DNA from: Candidatus Cloacimonadota bacterium
GTDB lineage: Bacteria > Cloacimonadota > Cloacimonadia > JGIOTU-2
Assembly (NCBI GenBank): GCA_049903315.1
Contig: JBNGBT010000011.1
Location: forward strand, 1-64,000
Direction of reading: 5' to 3'
DNA length: 64,000 bases
Shown here: positions 9,914 through 19,946 of the stretch, in pieces
Layout of the letters: each line of letters starts with the position of its first letter
Position numbering within the stretch: position 1 is the stretch's first letter
Translations under genes and position numbers: made by a program
Notes under the pieces: model-generated
The model's input: the letters and a program-made list of their open reading frames with translations, nothing else
Told to the model about the DNA's origin: nothing
Databases searched by the model: none

Positions 9914-11191
9914 TTACTCCACATCAAAATCAGTCACCTCCCACCATGCTCCGGCATTATCTCCCTCGGCTGTGAATTCATAAGGACCATAATAATACGA
10001 ATCTTCTCCAAGAGATATCTCAACCGTTGCGCTGGTCGGATTTAAATAATCATATCCTTCATAGAAATGCGCTTTGATGATAAAAGTGCCATAGATCAAG
10101 GGATGTAGTTCGAATACTTCAGGCCCATAGCCATCATCATCTATTGTAATTAATGCACCATTCGGGATCGCATACAGGTCTCCCCAATAGCAGTGATTTT
10201 CTTCGGGATCCCAGACATGGAGGTCAACATCTGTGCTATCCGTATCCCAAAATACAGAAATCGTCAAGGTCCTGTCGTCCTCTGCCTGAAACACAGTAAT
10301 ATCATCTGAAATACCTGTGTTGCCAGATATGTTTGTTGCTCGTAAATAAAAAGTATTTGTCTGCTCGAAAATCGAAATATATTCATGAAAATCTCCGAAC
10401 TCATCTATTGCAACTGTTTGTTCATATCCATTCATATTCAGTATCGCATATGAGCCGGTAAAGTCATTCACATGACCGTTCAGGAAAAAATCATCTCCAT
10501 TAATAATTTCTCCGTTCTGGGGATTATCAATAAAAAATTCTGGGATTGGATAAGAAGGGAGTTCGAGCTGATAATACATCGTTGTATCAGCAGAAAGATA
10601 GAGTTCTTTCCAAACCTCATTATAACCCTTCAAATAAATGCCGATAATGTAATTTCCTTCCGATAAATCTTCAATAGTATATGGTGTGATTTGATCGAGT
10701 TTAATGCCGTTCAGATAGAGACTTGCTTCACTCGGATTTGTAGTAATATCTATCGAATATGTACTGCCATATTCCAGCTGATTGCCATATACCTTCCACT
10801 CGTCATTGAACTTTCTGAAATAAACAAGGTCTGTAAATTCACCATCCAGAGGTACTGAATATTCAACACCATTATAATCAATGGTAAAGGAAACAACGGC
10901 AAAATCACCATTTATCTGAATGCTTGCATATGACAAAATCTCCACCGAAGCTCCAAGACGATTATACCATATATTCCTCTCTTCGAAAAAATCAGTGCCG
11001 TCATTCAAGAAATTCTCACTGAAATATTCCATGACTCCGTCAACATCAAACAGAGTAAATTTATCAAAAATTCCAAGAAAAACCTGTTTTATTTTTTCAA
11101 GATCCTCATCAGTATCTCCGTTTTCTGTATATTCAAACAAGCAGGAAGTAAGAACTACAAGAGCGATCAGTAGAAAAAAATATTTCCTCAT
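9914..11191 (-). CDS. Lipoprotein with NTF2-like, PEGA, Ig-like and YfaP/DUF2135-like domains
   Basis: Lipobox VLTSC. PEGA-like ITTNPSEASLYLNG...TPYTIEDLSEGNY. C-terminal WDTDSTDVDLHVWDP...DDDGYGPE. Confidence 0.7.
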   Translation of the reverse strand: MRKYFFLLIALVVLTSCLFEYTENGDTDEDLEKIKQVFLGIFDKFTLFDVDGVMEYFSENFLNDGTDFFEERNIWYNRLGASVEILSYASIQINGDFAVVSFTIDYNGVEYSVPLDGEFTDLVYFRKFNDEWKVYGNQLEYGSTYSIDITTNPSEASLYLNGIKLDQITPYTIEDLSEGNYIIGIYLKGYNEVWKELYLSADTTMYYQLELPSYPIPEFFIDNPQNGEIINGDDFFLNGHVNDFTGSYAILNMNGYEQTVAIDEFGDFHEYISIFEQTNTFYLRATNISGNTGISDDITVFQAEDDRTLTISVFWDTDSTDVDLHVWDPEENHCYWGDLYAIPNGALITIDDDGYGPEVFELHPLIYGTFIIKAHFYEGYDYLNPTSATVEISLGEDSYYYGPYEFTAEGDNAGAWWEVTDFDVE

Positions 11192-11201
11192 TTTTTATAC
11201 C

Positions 11202-12383
11202 TCATTTAATCAAATTCCAAAAACTGGTCCCTTTACCTGTACCCTGTATTCGGAATATATCAGCGATTGTTGCACCAATGTCTGCAAAGGTCTTTCTGAC
11301 TCCAATATCTACTCCCTTTTTGATGCCTTTTCCATACATTAAAATAGGTGTATATTCACGGGAGTGATCCGTACTTTTTGTGGTTGGATCGCAACCGTGG
11401 TCAGCCGTAAGCAAAACCACGTCTGCTTCTGTAAGCACACCAAATAATTGGGAGAGCCAGCTGTCGAATTTTTCTAATCCTTCAGCAAATGCCTTGGGAT
11501 CATTACGATGCCCCCAAAGAGTATCAAAATCCGGTAAATTTGCAAAAATAAGTCCTCTGTCGATTTTTTTACAGGAGGAAATTATCATATCCATTGTCTC
11601 GGGATTGTGAGGTGTGTGAATGGATTCTGTGATTCCCTGGAAGTTGAAAAGGTCTTCTATTTTCCCTACTCCGACAACAGAAATACTCTGAGCTGTGAGC
11701 AGATCCATAATTGTTTTTGACGGAGGATTTACAGAAAAATCCTTTCTGTGTCCGGTTCGTTCGAATTCTCCTTTTCTCTCACCAATAAAAGGACGGGCAA
11801 TAACTCTTCCTACGCGATGTGTGCCTTTCAATATTTCTTTTCTGGCAATTTCACACATTTTATATAATTTTTCTAATGGATAAATTCTTTCATGAGCTGC
11901 AATTTGAAATACACTATCCGCAGATGTGTACACGATCGGGAAATTGGTTTTCAGATGTTCTTCACCGAGTTCATTTATGATTTCCGTACCGGATGCTGCT
12001 TTATTTCCAAGTACTCCTTTGCAGCCTGTCTTCATGATAAATGTATCAATCACTTCCTTAGGAAAGCCATTCGGATATGTAGGAAAGGGAAATTCATTGA
12101 CGACCCCCATGATCTCCCAGTGCCCTGTGGTGCTGTCCTTACCAGCAGAAACCTCGATCGCTTTTCCGAAATTTCCAAGAGGATTTTTCTCAGCAGGAAC
12201 TCCTTCAATAGCTGTGATATTTCCCAAACCTAATTTCTGGAGATTAGGCAGGTCAAGACCATGCACTTTTTTTGCAAGGTTACCAAGTGTATTACTTCCC
12301 TCATCATGATAGAGTGGTGCATCATGCAATGCTCCAACTCCTACCCCATCAAGGATGATGAGGATAACCCTTTGAATTCTCAT
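11202..12383 (-). CDS. deoB: Phosphopentomutase
   Basis: LDGVGVG, GKDSTTGHWE, YTSADSVFQIAAHE, DTLWGHRND, TADHGCDP and DHSREY. Confidence 0.96.
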   Translation of the reverse strand: MRIQRVILIILDGVGVGALHDAPLYHDEGSNTLGNLAKKVHGLDLPNLQKLGLGNITAIEGVPAEKNPLGNFGKAIEVSAGKDSTTGHWEIMGVVNEFPFPTYPNGFPKEVIDTFIMKTGCKGVLGNKAASGTEIINELGEEHLKTNFPIVYTSADSVFQIAAHERIYPLEKLYKMCEIARKEILKGTHRVGRVIARPFIGERKGEFERTGHRKDFSVNPPSKTIMDLLTAQSISVVGVGKIEDLFNFQGITESIHTPHNPETMDMIISSCKKIDRGLIFANLPDFDTLWGHRNDPKAFAEGLEKFDSWLSQLFGVLTEADVVLLTADHGCDPTTKSTDHSREYTPILMYGKGIKKGVDIGVRKTFADIGATIADIFRIQGTGKGTSFWNLIK

Positions 12384-13234
12384 AGCTGATCTAATAATAT
12401 TTCTATCTTTGCCTTGCTTCTCAGTTTCCTGATGCAGTCTAATAATTCCAATTCTCCGGTTATCTTTTCAAGCTGTTTTTTCAGTGAATCCTTTATTTCA
12501 TCAAACGATGGAATCCGCTTCTCTTCTTTTTCAATCAATTTCACAAAATGGAAACCAAAATCCGTTGGAATTGGTCCTGCGACTTGATCTTTATTCATAG
12601 AGAAAATGACATTCTCAAGTTCCTCAACCAAGTCTCCACGCTTAATAAAGCCAAGATCACCACTCTTCTTTGCACTTGGGCATTCCGAGTAAATATTTGC
12701 AAGGTTACAGAAATCTTCATTCTCATACAATTTCTTACTCACTTCTTCCATTTTATGAAAAGCTTTCGGATCACGGTTGCTGATCAATATATGACAAATT
12801 CGAGCACGTTCAGGATATTGGAGTTGCTTTTTATGGGTTTCATAAAAATCTTGTATACGTTCCGGTTTGATTTCAACGGATTCTAGAAATTCTTGTTTAA
12901 TATATTCTTTGATACGAAGCCCGTTCCCAATATTTTCTAAGAGTTTATCAACGGAAATTTTTGAGTCTGCCAGATCTTTGATGAAATCCTCATGGGAATT
13001 ATATTGGTTCTGGATTTCCTGGAATTGAAAATGCACACAGCTTTCATCGATACAAATATCGCATTTATGGGATTCTTCCATAAGCAGGCATGCATCAATC
13101 AGGTTATTAATAGCAGTCTCTTTAAGTTGTTGGGTAGGTTTATCTACCTTATGCTCTTTTAAAAGCTGATACAGTTCCGCTTTATAATCATTTTTATAGA
13201 TTTTATAATTATTAACTATTGCCACATGCTTCAT
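12380..13234 (-). CDS. Parvulin-type peptidyl-prolyl isomerase with SurA/PrsA-like N-terminal region
   Basis: RARICHILI, YSECPSAKKSGDLGF and PIPTDFGFHFVKL. No signal peptide. Confidence 0.85.
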   Translation of the reverse strand: MKHVAIVNNYKIYKNDYKAELYQLLKEHKVDKPTQQLKETAINNLIDACLLMEESHKCDICIDESCVHFQFQEIQNQYNSHEDFIKDLADSKISVDKLLENIGNGLRIKEYIKQEFLESVEIKPERIQDFYETHKKQLQYPERARICHILISNRDPKAFHKMEEVSKKLYENEDFCNLANIYSECPSAKKSGDLGFIKRGDLVEELENVIFSMNKDQVAGPIPTDFGFHFVKLIEKEEKRIPSFDEIKDSLKKQLEKITGELELLDCIRKLRSKAKIEILLDQL

Positions 13235-14162
13235 TGTGTCCCAGAAACTCCATAATTTGATTTTCTATATCCAATATAGTAAGTTTTGAAGGAGAAATTG
13301 TCAAATGGATTTCCTGTTTATTAAACCAGGTAAGTTGTCTTTTTGCATAATTCCTCATATGCTGTTTAATAAGTTCGACAGTTGTATAACAATCCTCAAC
13401 TCCATTTATATGATCGAAAAATTCCTTATAGCCCAGTGAATTCATGCCTGGATCGTCCTGTGTGTAGCCCATTTCAAGAAGATGTTTAAATTCGTCAAAC
13501 AAGCCCTCCTGCAACATTTTATCGACCCGGGAATTTATTTTTTTATAGAGAATTGAGCGCTCTTCGTTAAGAAAAATTGTGAAATGCTCATATCGTTTCT
13601 CAAGCCCGTCTTTTTGCCAGAAAGAAGAAATCGGCATTCCTGTTGCTTTGTACACTTCGAGAGCTCTTACGATTCGATTGCCATCATTAGATTCGATCTT
13701 TTGTGCTGCGACAGGATCGATCTCTTTCAGAGTCTTATGAAGTGTCTGAACTCCATTTTTTTCAGTTTCTTGCTTCAACTCATTTCTTATTGCAGCTGGA
13801 ATTGGAGGAATTTTACATAATCCATATAATAAAGATTTGATATAGAATCCAGTTCCTCCAACAACAAAAGGAATATGTTTGTTTCTGTTAATTGTAATTA
13901 CAGCTTCATCAGCTTTCTTAACGAACTCTCCAGCAGTAAATTTTTTATCAGGTGTAATAATATCAATGAGATGATGAGGAATGAAAGCTAATTCATCGGA
14001 TGTCGGTTTTGCAGTTCCGATATTCATGTATTTATATATCTGGCGCGAATCTGCGGATATTATCTCACCGGAAAGTTTTTCTGCCAGTTGTAATGCAGTG
14101 GCACTCTTCCCCACTCCGGTTGGACCGCATATGACTATTACTTTTTGTAACTTCGACTTCAT
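13212..14162 (-). CDS. miaA: tRNA dimethylallyltransferase
   Basis: GPTGVGKS, SADSRQIYKYMNIGTAKP, VGGTGFY and YAKRQLTWF. Confidence 0.97.
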   Translation of the reverse strand: MKSKLQKVIVICGPTGVGKSATALQLAEKLSGEIISADSRQIYKYMNIGTAKPTSDELAFIPHHLIDIITPDKKFTAGEFVKKADEAVITINRNKHIPFVVGGTGFYIKSLLYGLCKIPPIPAAIRNELKQETEKNGVQTLHKTLKEIDPVAAQKIESNDGNRIVRALEVYKATGMPISSFWQKDGLEKRYEHFTIFLNEERSILYKKINSRVDKMLQEGLFDEFKHLLEMGYTQDDPGMNSLGYKEFFDHINGVEDCYTTVELIKQHMRNYAKRQLTWFNKQEIHLTISPSKLTILDIENQIMEFLGHNEACGNS

Positions 14163-14168
14163 CGATGA

Positions 14169-15701
14169 TCAATGTCTAAAATGTCTCATTCCAGTGAAAA
14201 TCATAGTTATGTTATGTTCATTACAAGCCTGAATTACCTCATCATCTCTTACTGATCCACCGGGTTGAATAATGCAGGAAATTCCTTCTTGTGCTACTGC
14301 GTCGATCGTATCCCGGAAAGGAAAAAACGCATCTGATCCCAGCGCACAATCTTTCACACTCAACCCGAATTTTGTTGCTTTTGAGATCGCAAGTTCCACT
14401 GCATCAATCCGGCTTGTCTGTCCCATTCCAAGCCCGATAGTTCTATCCTCTCTGCAAATTGCTATTGCATTCGATTTTAGATGATTCACAGTTTTCCATG
14501 CAAAGCGTAACTTCCCCCATTCTACTTCAGAAGGACTTCGCTCTGTAACCACTCGCCAGTCTTTCTCAATATCGCATAAAATATCTTCCTGCTGCAAAAG
14601 AATCCCATTCATACACGAACGGATATTATATGATTCTCTTAATGAAATAAGTAGTTCGGGTTCAAAAATAATTAGTCTTCTATTTTTCTTTTTCATGAGT
14701 TTTTCCAACACTTCATCCGGAAAATCCGGTGCAATGATGATTTCAGTAAAAATTTTATTAATTTCTAATACTGATTCCATATCGAGCGAACGATTTGCAA
14801 TCACGATACCGCCAAACGGAGATTGTGTGTCGGTTGCAAATGCTTTTTGGTATGCTTCTTTTAAAATGTCTGCAGTTCCGATACCACAGGGATTACAGTG
14901 CTTGAAAATTCCAATTGTAGGTTTTTCCATGAAATCAAAGATAGTTCTCAGCGCAGCATCGATATCCTGCAAATTATTAAAAGAAAGTTCTTTCCCATGA
15001 AGTTGATGTATGATCGGATTGTCTTCATAATATCCTGCAAGTTGATGAGGATTTTCACCATATCGGAGAGTGTGAACAAGAGGTAACGAAATCGACATTT
15101 GAGCAGGTAGTTGTTCATTACATAGTTTTGAAAAATAATTAGAAATATATGCATCATATTCAGCAGTATGCTGGAATGCTTTCTTTGCCAGATTTCTTCT
15201 TATATCGAGACCGATTTCACCATTTTTTTCTAATTCATGGATTATCATCTCATAATCATTTTGATCGGCAACAACTGCAATACTCCCGAAATTCTTTGCA
15301 GCAGCACGCACCATTGTCGGACCGCCAATATCGATTTGCTCGACTGCTTCTGCTTCAGTTACATCTGGATTCTTAATAGTATTCCTGAAAGGATAGAGAT
15401 TCACTACTACGAGATCGATTGGTTGTATACTCTTCTCCTGCAATGCTTGCAGGTGATCAGGATTATTCTTGTCAGCAAGGATGGCAGCATGAATAAATGG
15501 ATGAAGGGTCTTTACTCTCCCATCCATGATTTCAGGGAATCCTGTTACATCAGATACTTTTATGACAGAAATGTCATTTTCTTCAAGCTTTTTATATGTA
15601 CCGCCGGTTGAGATGATCTCATAATCCAGTTCGACAAGTTTCTTAGCAAAATCCACAATTCCTGTTTTATCCGAAACGCTAATGAGTGCTCTTCTTTTCA
15701 T
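14169..15701 (-). CDS. purH: Bifunctional AICAR transformylase/IMP cyclohydrolase
   Basis: RALISVSDKTG, GRVKTLHP, IDIGGPTMVRAAAKN, LRYGENPHQ, SDAFFPF and TGMRHFRH. Confidence 0.98.
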   Translation of the reverse strand: MKRRALISVSDKTGIVDFAKKLVELDYEIISTGGTYKKLEENDISVIKVSDVTGFPEIMDGRVKTLHPFIHAAILADKNNPDHLQALQEKSIQPIDLVVVNLYPFRNTIKNPDVTEAEAVEQIDIGGPTMVRAAAKNFGSIAVVADQNDYEMIIHELEKNGEIGLDIRRNLAKKAFQHTAEYDAYISNYFSKLCNEQLPAQMSISLPLVHTLRYGENPHQLAGYYEDNPIIHQLHGKELSFNNLQDIDAALRTIFDFMEKPTIGIFKHCNPCGIGTADILKEAYQKAFATDTQSPFGGIVIANRSLDMESVLEINKIFTEIIIAPDFPDEVLEKLMKKKNRRLIIFEPELLISLRESYNIRSCMNGILLQQEDILCDIEKDWRVVTERSPSEVEWGKLRFAWKTVNHLKSNAIAICREDRTIGLGMGQTSRIDAVELAISKATKFGLSVKDCALGSDAFFPFRDTIDAVAQEGISCIIQPGGSVRDDEVIQACNEHNITMIFTGMRHFRH

Positions 15702-15735
15702 TGATATCCTATTATAGCAATTATCTTTAATGTTC

Positions 15736-16515
15736 TTAATAAAATCTCAAAGATACATGAATTTCTTTACCTGGTTCAAGAAGTATGTTATCTTCATGTA
15801 TCGAACCATAATCTTCATGGAAAGCCCATATATCAATAAATGGGGTCACAGTAAATTCTCCCCAAGGATAACCTAACTCATCATATGCTAACCCGGTACT
15901 ATTTATTGGAAACTCTTGATTATAAATAAGAAAACAACCAGCTTCATTAGTAATTACAGATGTGTTTATTTGATTATAGTATATGTTATTGTAATCTCTA
16001 AGCAAAAACATTGTTCTTCTGTATTCTTCATGTTCAGTTTTAACAACTGCCGTATATAAATCATTTGAGACTTTTTTCCCTGTGCTATCCCTACCGTGCC
16101 AAAGGTAAGTGTAGGTGCCATTTGGCATTAATGATTGATTTTTAAAAAGTTTTATAATAATTCTGTCAGAATTATTCTCTATCCACAAGGAACCAACACC
16201 GGATTCAGCAAGAGTAAATCTCAATGAGGTATAGCCATTAAATGGATTTGGATAGTTAGGTTTTAATCCATAATCAACAGGTGGATCTGATTTAGGATTA
16301 TTATCAGATATTTTTTTAGACATAATTAGAAGATTATTTTCAAGATATGGCAATTCAGGTTCAATATTATAATTAATCAAAATCTTTACGTTAGATAATG
16401 CTTCCCCTTCAGGTCCACGAATAGAACCTCTAATAACTGTATCAAATCCAGGAGTAGTAGTTCCATTACATCCAATAATAATAAGTGATACGATACATAA
16501 TATTAAAATTTTCAT
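15736..16515 (-). CDS. Hypothetical lipoprotein with an internal FlgD-Ig-like segment
   Basis: Lipobox IIGC. Internal NYPNPFN...YTYLWHGRDSTGKKVSNDLY. Confidence 0.65.
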   Translation of the reverse strand: MKILILCIVSLIIIGCNGTTTPGFDTVIRGSIRGPEGEALSNVKILINYNIEPELPYLENNLLIMSKKISDNNPKSDPPVDYGLKPNYPNPFNGYTSLRFTLAESGVGSLWIENNSDRIIIKLFKNQSLMPNGTYTYLWHGRDSTGKKVSNDLYTAVVKTEHEEYRRTMFLLRDYNNIYYNQINTSVITNEAGCFLIYNQEFPINSTGLAYDELGYPWGEFTVTPFIDIWAFHEDYGSIHEDNILLEPGKEIHVSLRFY

Positions 16516-16529
16516 AAAAGCTCCTTTCG

Positions 16530-18272
16530 CTAAGTTTTCTTAATATTAACCACATAAAAAGTCATACCTTCCTCAATATCATCATCCCATTTTATATATT
16601 CTATATCCCGAGATGAACTTCTCAATTTTTCAATGATAGTTTCTGCGTGCATGAGATTGCTGTTATACCACTCATTTTCGGGAATACTCATTTCAAGCAC
16701 CGGTTTTTTCTCAAGAATTGAATCAAAATTGAATTCTATATCTAATGGATTGGGATTAGCATTGAAGTGCGACCACTCGCCGGTTTTTATGTCAAACTCA
16801 TAGAGTGGCAGGAACAAATGTCCATATTCAACAATAAGTTTTATTGCTTTAAGAATATAATTGAATTCAACCAGCGATAGTGAGTAATGAGCATTGAAAC
16901 GTACCCATCCCGGTTTGATCCCCTCATATTTGATAATGCCAGTCATACAACGATACATCTTTGAGTGCAGCATATCTATATGAAGAAGTTGATGTCCATA
17001 GGGTCCCGCACACGAGCAGCCAGCCCGGGTCTGAATACCGAAAAGATCGTTGAGAAGTTGGGTAACAAATTTGGGGTGTAGCAGACGATCTTTATGTTTA
17101 ATATTGAATGCGATAATGCCGATTTTTTTTGCCGGGTCGGTCGGTCCGTAGATATTCATCCTTTCATCATGACCGAAATTCTCAAAAAATGACTTCACAT
17201 AGTATTCTTCGATGCACTCGATATTTTGTGTTCCGACTTTATCTTTGAGGAGCATGACCAATGAGGACTTGATCGCCTGGATAATCCCAGGAGTGCCCGG
17301 TTTTTCGCGGGTTTCAATATCTTCGATATAGCATTCTTTATCATAACTGACAAACTTGACCGTGCCACCCGCAGCAATTGTTGGAGGAAGATCCTTTCTA
17401 TAAATTCTTTCATTAATAATAAGGATACCAGAAGAAGCCGGACCTCCAAGGAATTTGTGAGGTGAAAAAAATATCGCATCAAAATAACTCTCTTTATCCC
17501 TGTTCATGTCGATCTCGATATAAGGAGCACACGCAGCAAAATCAAAGCAGGCAAGAGCATCATGTTCATGAAGGATCCGGGCAACTTCATAAACCGGAGT
17601 TTTAATACCCGTAACATTCGAAGTCGCTGAGAAGGAACCGATTTTTTTCCTTGTTTTATATTTTGGATCTTCGAGGTGTTTCTTCAGCGCTTTCAGATCA
17701 AGCTCTTCATCTGCATTAAGGGGAATCTCTATCACTTCGCATAGCGTTTGCCTCCACATGATCTCATTAGAATGGTGCTCATATGGTCCGACAAATACTA
17801 TCGGTTTATTCTGTTCTATGAAGTCTAATAATCGCTCATGACATTGAGTGTTTTTTTCTTTTTGATGATCCAGGCAACTATCAAGGAACTCATGAACTTT
17901 TTCTCTTGTTGCCGGTGACCAGTACACGCCAAGTATTTGCTGCAGTCGGGTAATTCCAGCAGTTGCACCGGTTCCGGTAAATATAACCTTGCCATGCTCC
18001 CCGGCATTAACCATTGCTTTAATGTTTTTTTCTGCTTTATGAAGGAGACGGCTCATTGTTTTGCCGGTGAAATCATCTTCAGTATGAGTATTGGCATAGA
18101 ATTGCAAAATATACTGAAGATATTCCTCGATGAAATCAACTGCCCGACCGCTTGCGGTGTAATCTGCATACACGAGCGGTTTTGTCCCAAAGGGCGTTTC
18201 AAAGGGCATATTTCTGCCAATTATGCTCTTCCTGAGCCAGTACAATTTGTTGATCTGCTTTTCTGCATTCAT
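16530..18272 (-). CDS. Class V PLP-dependent aminotransferase / cysteine desulfurase-like protein
   Basis: YADYTASGR, GPYEHHSNE, FSPHKFLGGP (PLP Lys), GTPGI and TRAGCSCAGPYG. Confidence 0.88.
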   Translation of the reverse strand: MNAEKQINKLYWLRKSIIGRNMPFETPFGTKPLVYADYTASGRAVDFIEEYLQYILQFYANTHTEDDFTGKTMSRLLHKAEKNIKAMVNAGEHGKVIFTGTGATAGITRLQQILGVYWSPATREKVHEFLDSCLDHQKEKNTQCHERLLDFIEQNKPIVFVGPYEHHSNEIMWRQTLCEVIEIPLNADEELDLKALKKHLEDPKYKTRKKIGSFSATSNVTGIKTPVYEVARILHEHDALACFDFAACAPYIEIDMNRDKESYFDAIFFSPHKFLGGPASSGILIINERIYRKDLPPTIAAGGTVKFVSYDKECYIEDIETREKPGTPGIIQAIKSSLVMLLKDKVGTQNIECIEEYYVKSFFENFGHDERMNIYGPTDPAKKIGIIAFNIKHKDRLLHPKFVTQLLNDLFGIQTRAGCSCAGPYGHQLLHIDMLHSKMYRCMTGIIKYEGIKPGWVRFNAHYSLSLVEFNYILKAIKLIVEYGHLFLPLYEFDIKTGEWSHFNANPNPLDIEFNFDSILEKKPVLEMSIPENEWYNSNLMHAETIIEKLRSSSRDIEYIKWDDDIEEGMTFYVVNIKKT

Positions 18273-18452
18273 ATTAGATTTTCCTTTGAAGGTATCTCAA
18301 AACCTAAAATTTTTATGTCAATTTTGTTAGGGTTTTTGAGTTCAATGAATTTCTTGACACCGTATTTACAGGATAGAGTAATCTCTATGAGTATAAATAG
18401 GTTATGCTTTTAACAAAAATCATGAAGAAAAATAATTTAAGGAGAAATAAAA

Positions 18453-18563
18453 ATGGGAGACAAAGGAAAAAAAGATAAGGGTAAGAAAGAAAATCAAAAA
18501 CAGGCAAAACTAACACTTAAGGAAAAACGCAAGCAGAAAAAAGAGAAAACTCCCAAAGAATAA
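18453..18563 (+). CDS. Small Lys-rich protein, 36 aa (MGDKGKKDKGKKENQKQAKLTLKEKRKQKKEKTPKE)
   Basis: AAGGAG RBS at 18439-18444, ATG at 18453, TAA ending at 18563, and TTGACA at 18354. It is below the ORF-track length cutoff. Confidence 0.7.
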   Translation: MGDKGKKDKGKKENQKQAKLTLKEKRKQKKEKTPKE

Positions 18564-18707
18564 AAAAACATTTTATGAATTACTATAGATCGAAAGACCT
18601 GATCGAATTCACGAAAAAATTTTAATTAATATCAACTTACTCTCAGCAATGTATGATTTGCCATTTTCCTATCTCAAATTTCTGATGTTTTCTTATGAAG
18701 TATTAAG

Positions 18708-19922
18708 ATGCAGATTGCAATAGTTGGGGGTGGAGCAGCGGGATTTTTTTCTGCAATTACCGCCAAAGAAAATTTTCCTGATGCCACAGTCATCATCTTC
18801 GAAAAATCAAAAGAACTCCTGGCAAAGGTAAAAATTTCTGGTGGAGGACGGTGTAATGTTACCAATGCCTGCACATCTATAAAGGAACTATTTGAAGAGT
18901 ATCCCAGAGGAGGAAAATCGCTCAAAAAATCTTTTTATATTTTTAATAATAAAGATGCTATACAATGGTTTGAGTCCAGGGGCATTCCTTTAGTGATACA
19001 AGATGATAATCGTGTTTTTCCCGCATCTCAAACCTCTCAAACTATTATTGATTGTTTTCTCACCCAGTGCAAAAAATTAAAGATCGAGATTGAAGTTGGG
19101 AAAGGTATAAAAGCCATTAATCGGATAGGTAAGAAGCTGGAATTGAACTTTATTGATGAGAATATTTCATCAAAAATTTTTGACAAAGTAATTGTCGCAA
19201 CAGGTGGTTTTCCAAAAAAAGAGCAGTATGAGTGGCTTGAAACATTACGTCACAAGATCGAAGATCCTGTTCCCTCATTATTCACATTCAATATGCCTGC
19301 CGAATCTATTACCGAACTGATGGGAATCTCGGTAGAAAAAACTTTGGTGAGGATACAAGGGACAAAGTATAAATCCGAGGGACCTCTACTCATTACTCAT
19401 TGGGGAATGAGTGGTCCAGCAATTTTGAAATTATCGTCTTTTGCAGCGAGAGTATTGAATGAAAAAGGGTATGAATTTAATATACAGGTGAATTGGACGA
19501 ATATACACAATACAAATATTGTTGTTGCCGAGTTAACACGAATTGCCAAAGAATACTCAAATAAATTTTTATCAAACTTTAGACCGTATTCATTGCCTGA
19601 TAGGTTATGGTGTTATTTGCTTGAAAAAAGTGGGTTCTCGGCAAAGAAAAAGTGGGGAGAGCTTGGGAAAAAAGGAATAAATAAGCTTGTGAATGTTTTA
19701 ACCAATGACGTATATTCAGTAAAAGGAAAAACATCGTTTACAGAAGAATTTGTGACCTGTGGCGGCGTGAGTCTGGAAAGTATCGATCTTACTACTATGC
19801 AAAGTAACGTGTGTAAAAACCTCTATTTTGCAGGAGAAGTGATAGATATTGATGGAATTACGGGCGGGTATAATTTTCAAGCTGCCTGGACAACGGCTTT
19901 TATCGCAGGTAAATTGAATTGA
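18708..19922 (+). CDS. HI0933/YhiN-family flavoprotein
   Basis: IVGGGAAG, KVKISGGGRCNVTN, LITHWGMSGP, VTCGGV and GEVIDIDGITGGYNFQAAW. Confidence 0.92.
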   Translation: MQIAIVGGGAAGFFSAITAKENFPDATVIIFEKSKELLAKVKISGGGRCNVTNACTSIKELFEEYPRGGKSLKKSFYIFNNKDAIQWFESRGIPLVIQDDNRVFPASQTSQTIIDCFLTQCKKLKIEIEVGKGIKAINRIGKKLELNFIDENISSKIFDKVIVATGGFPKKEQYEWLETLRHKIEDPVPSLFTFNMPAESITELMGISVEKTLVRIQGTKYKSEGPLLITHWGMSGPAILKLSSFAARVLNEKGYEFNIQVNWTNIHNTNIVVAELTRIAKEYSNKFLSNFRPYSLPDRLWCYLLEKSGFSAKKKWGELGKKGINKLVNVLTNDVYSVKGKTSFTEEFVTCGGVSLESIDLTTMQSNVCKNLYFAGEVIDIDGITGGYNFQAAWTTAFIAGKLN

Positions 19923-19946
19923 TATAGCACTTAAGAACCAATTTTT

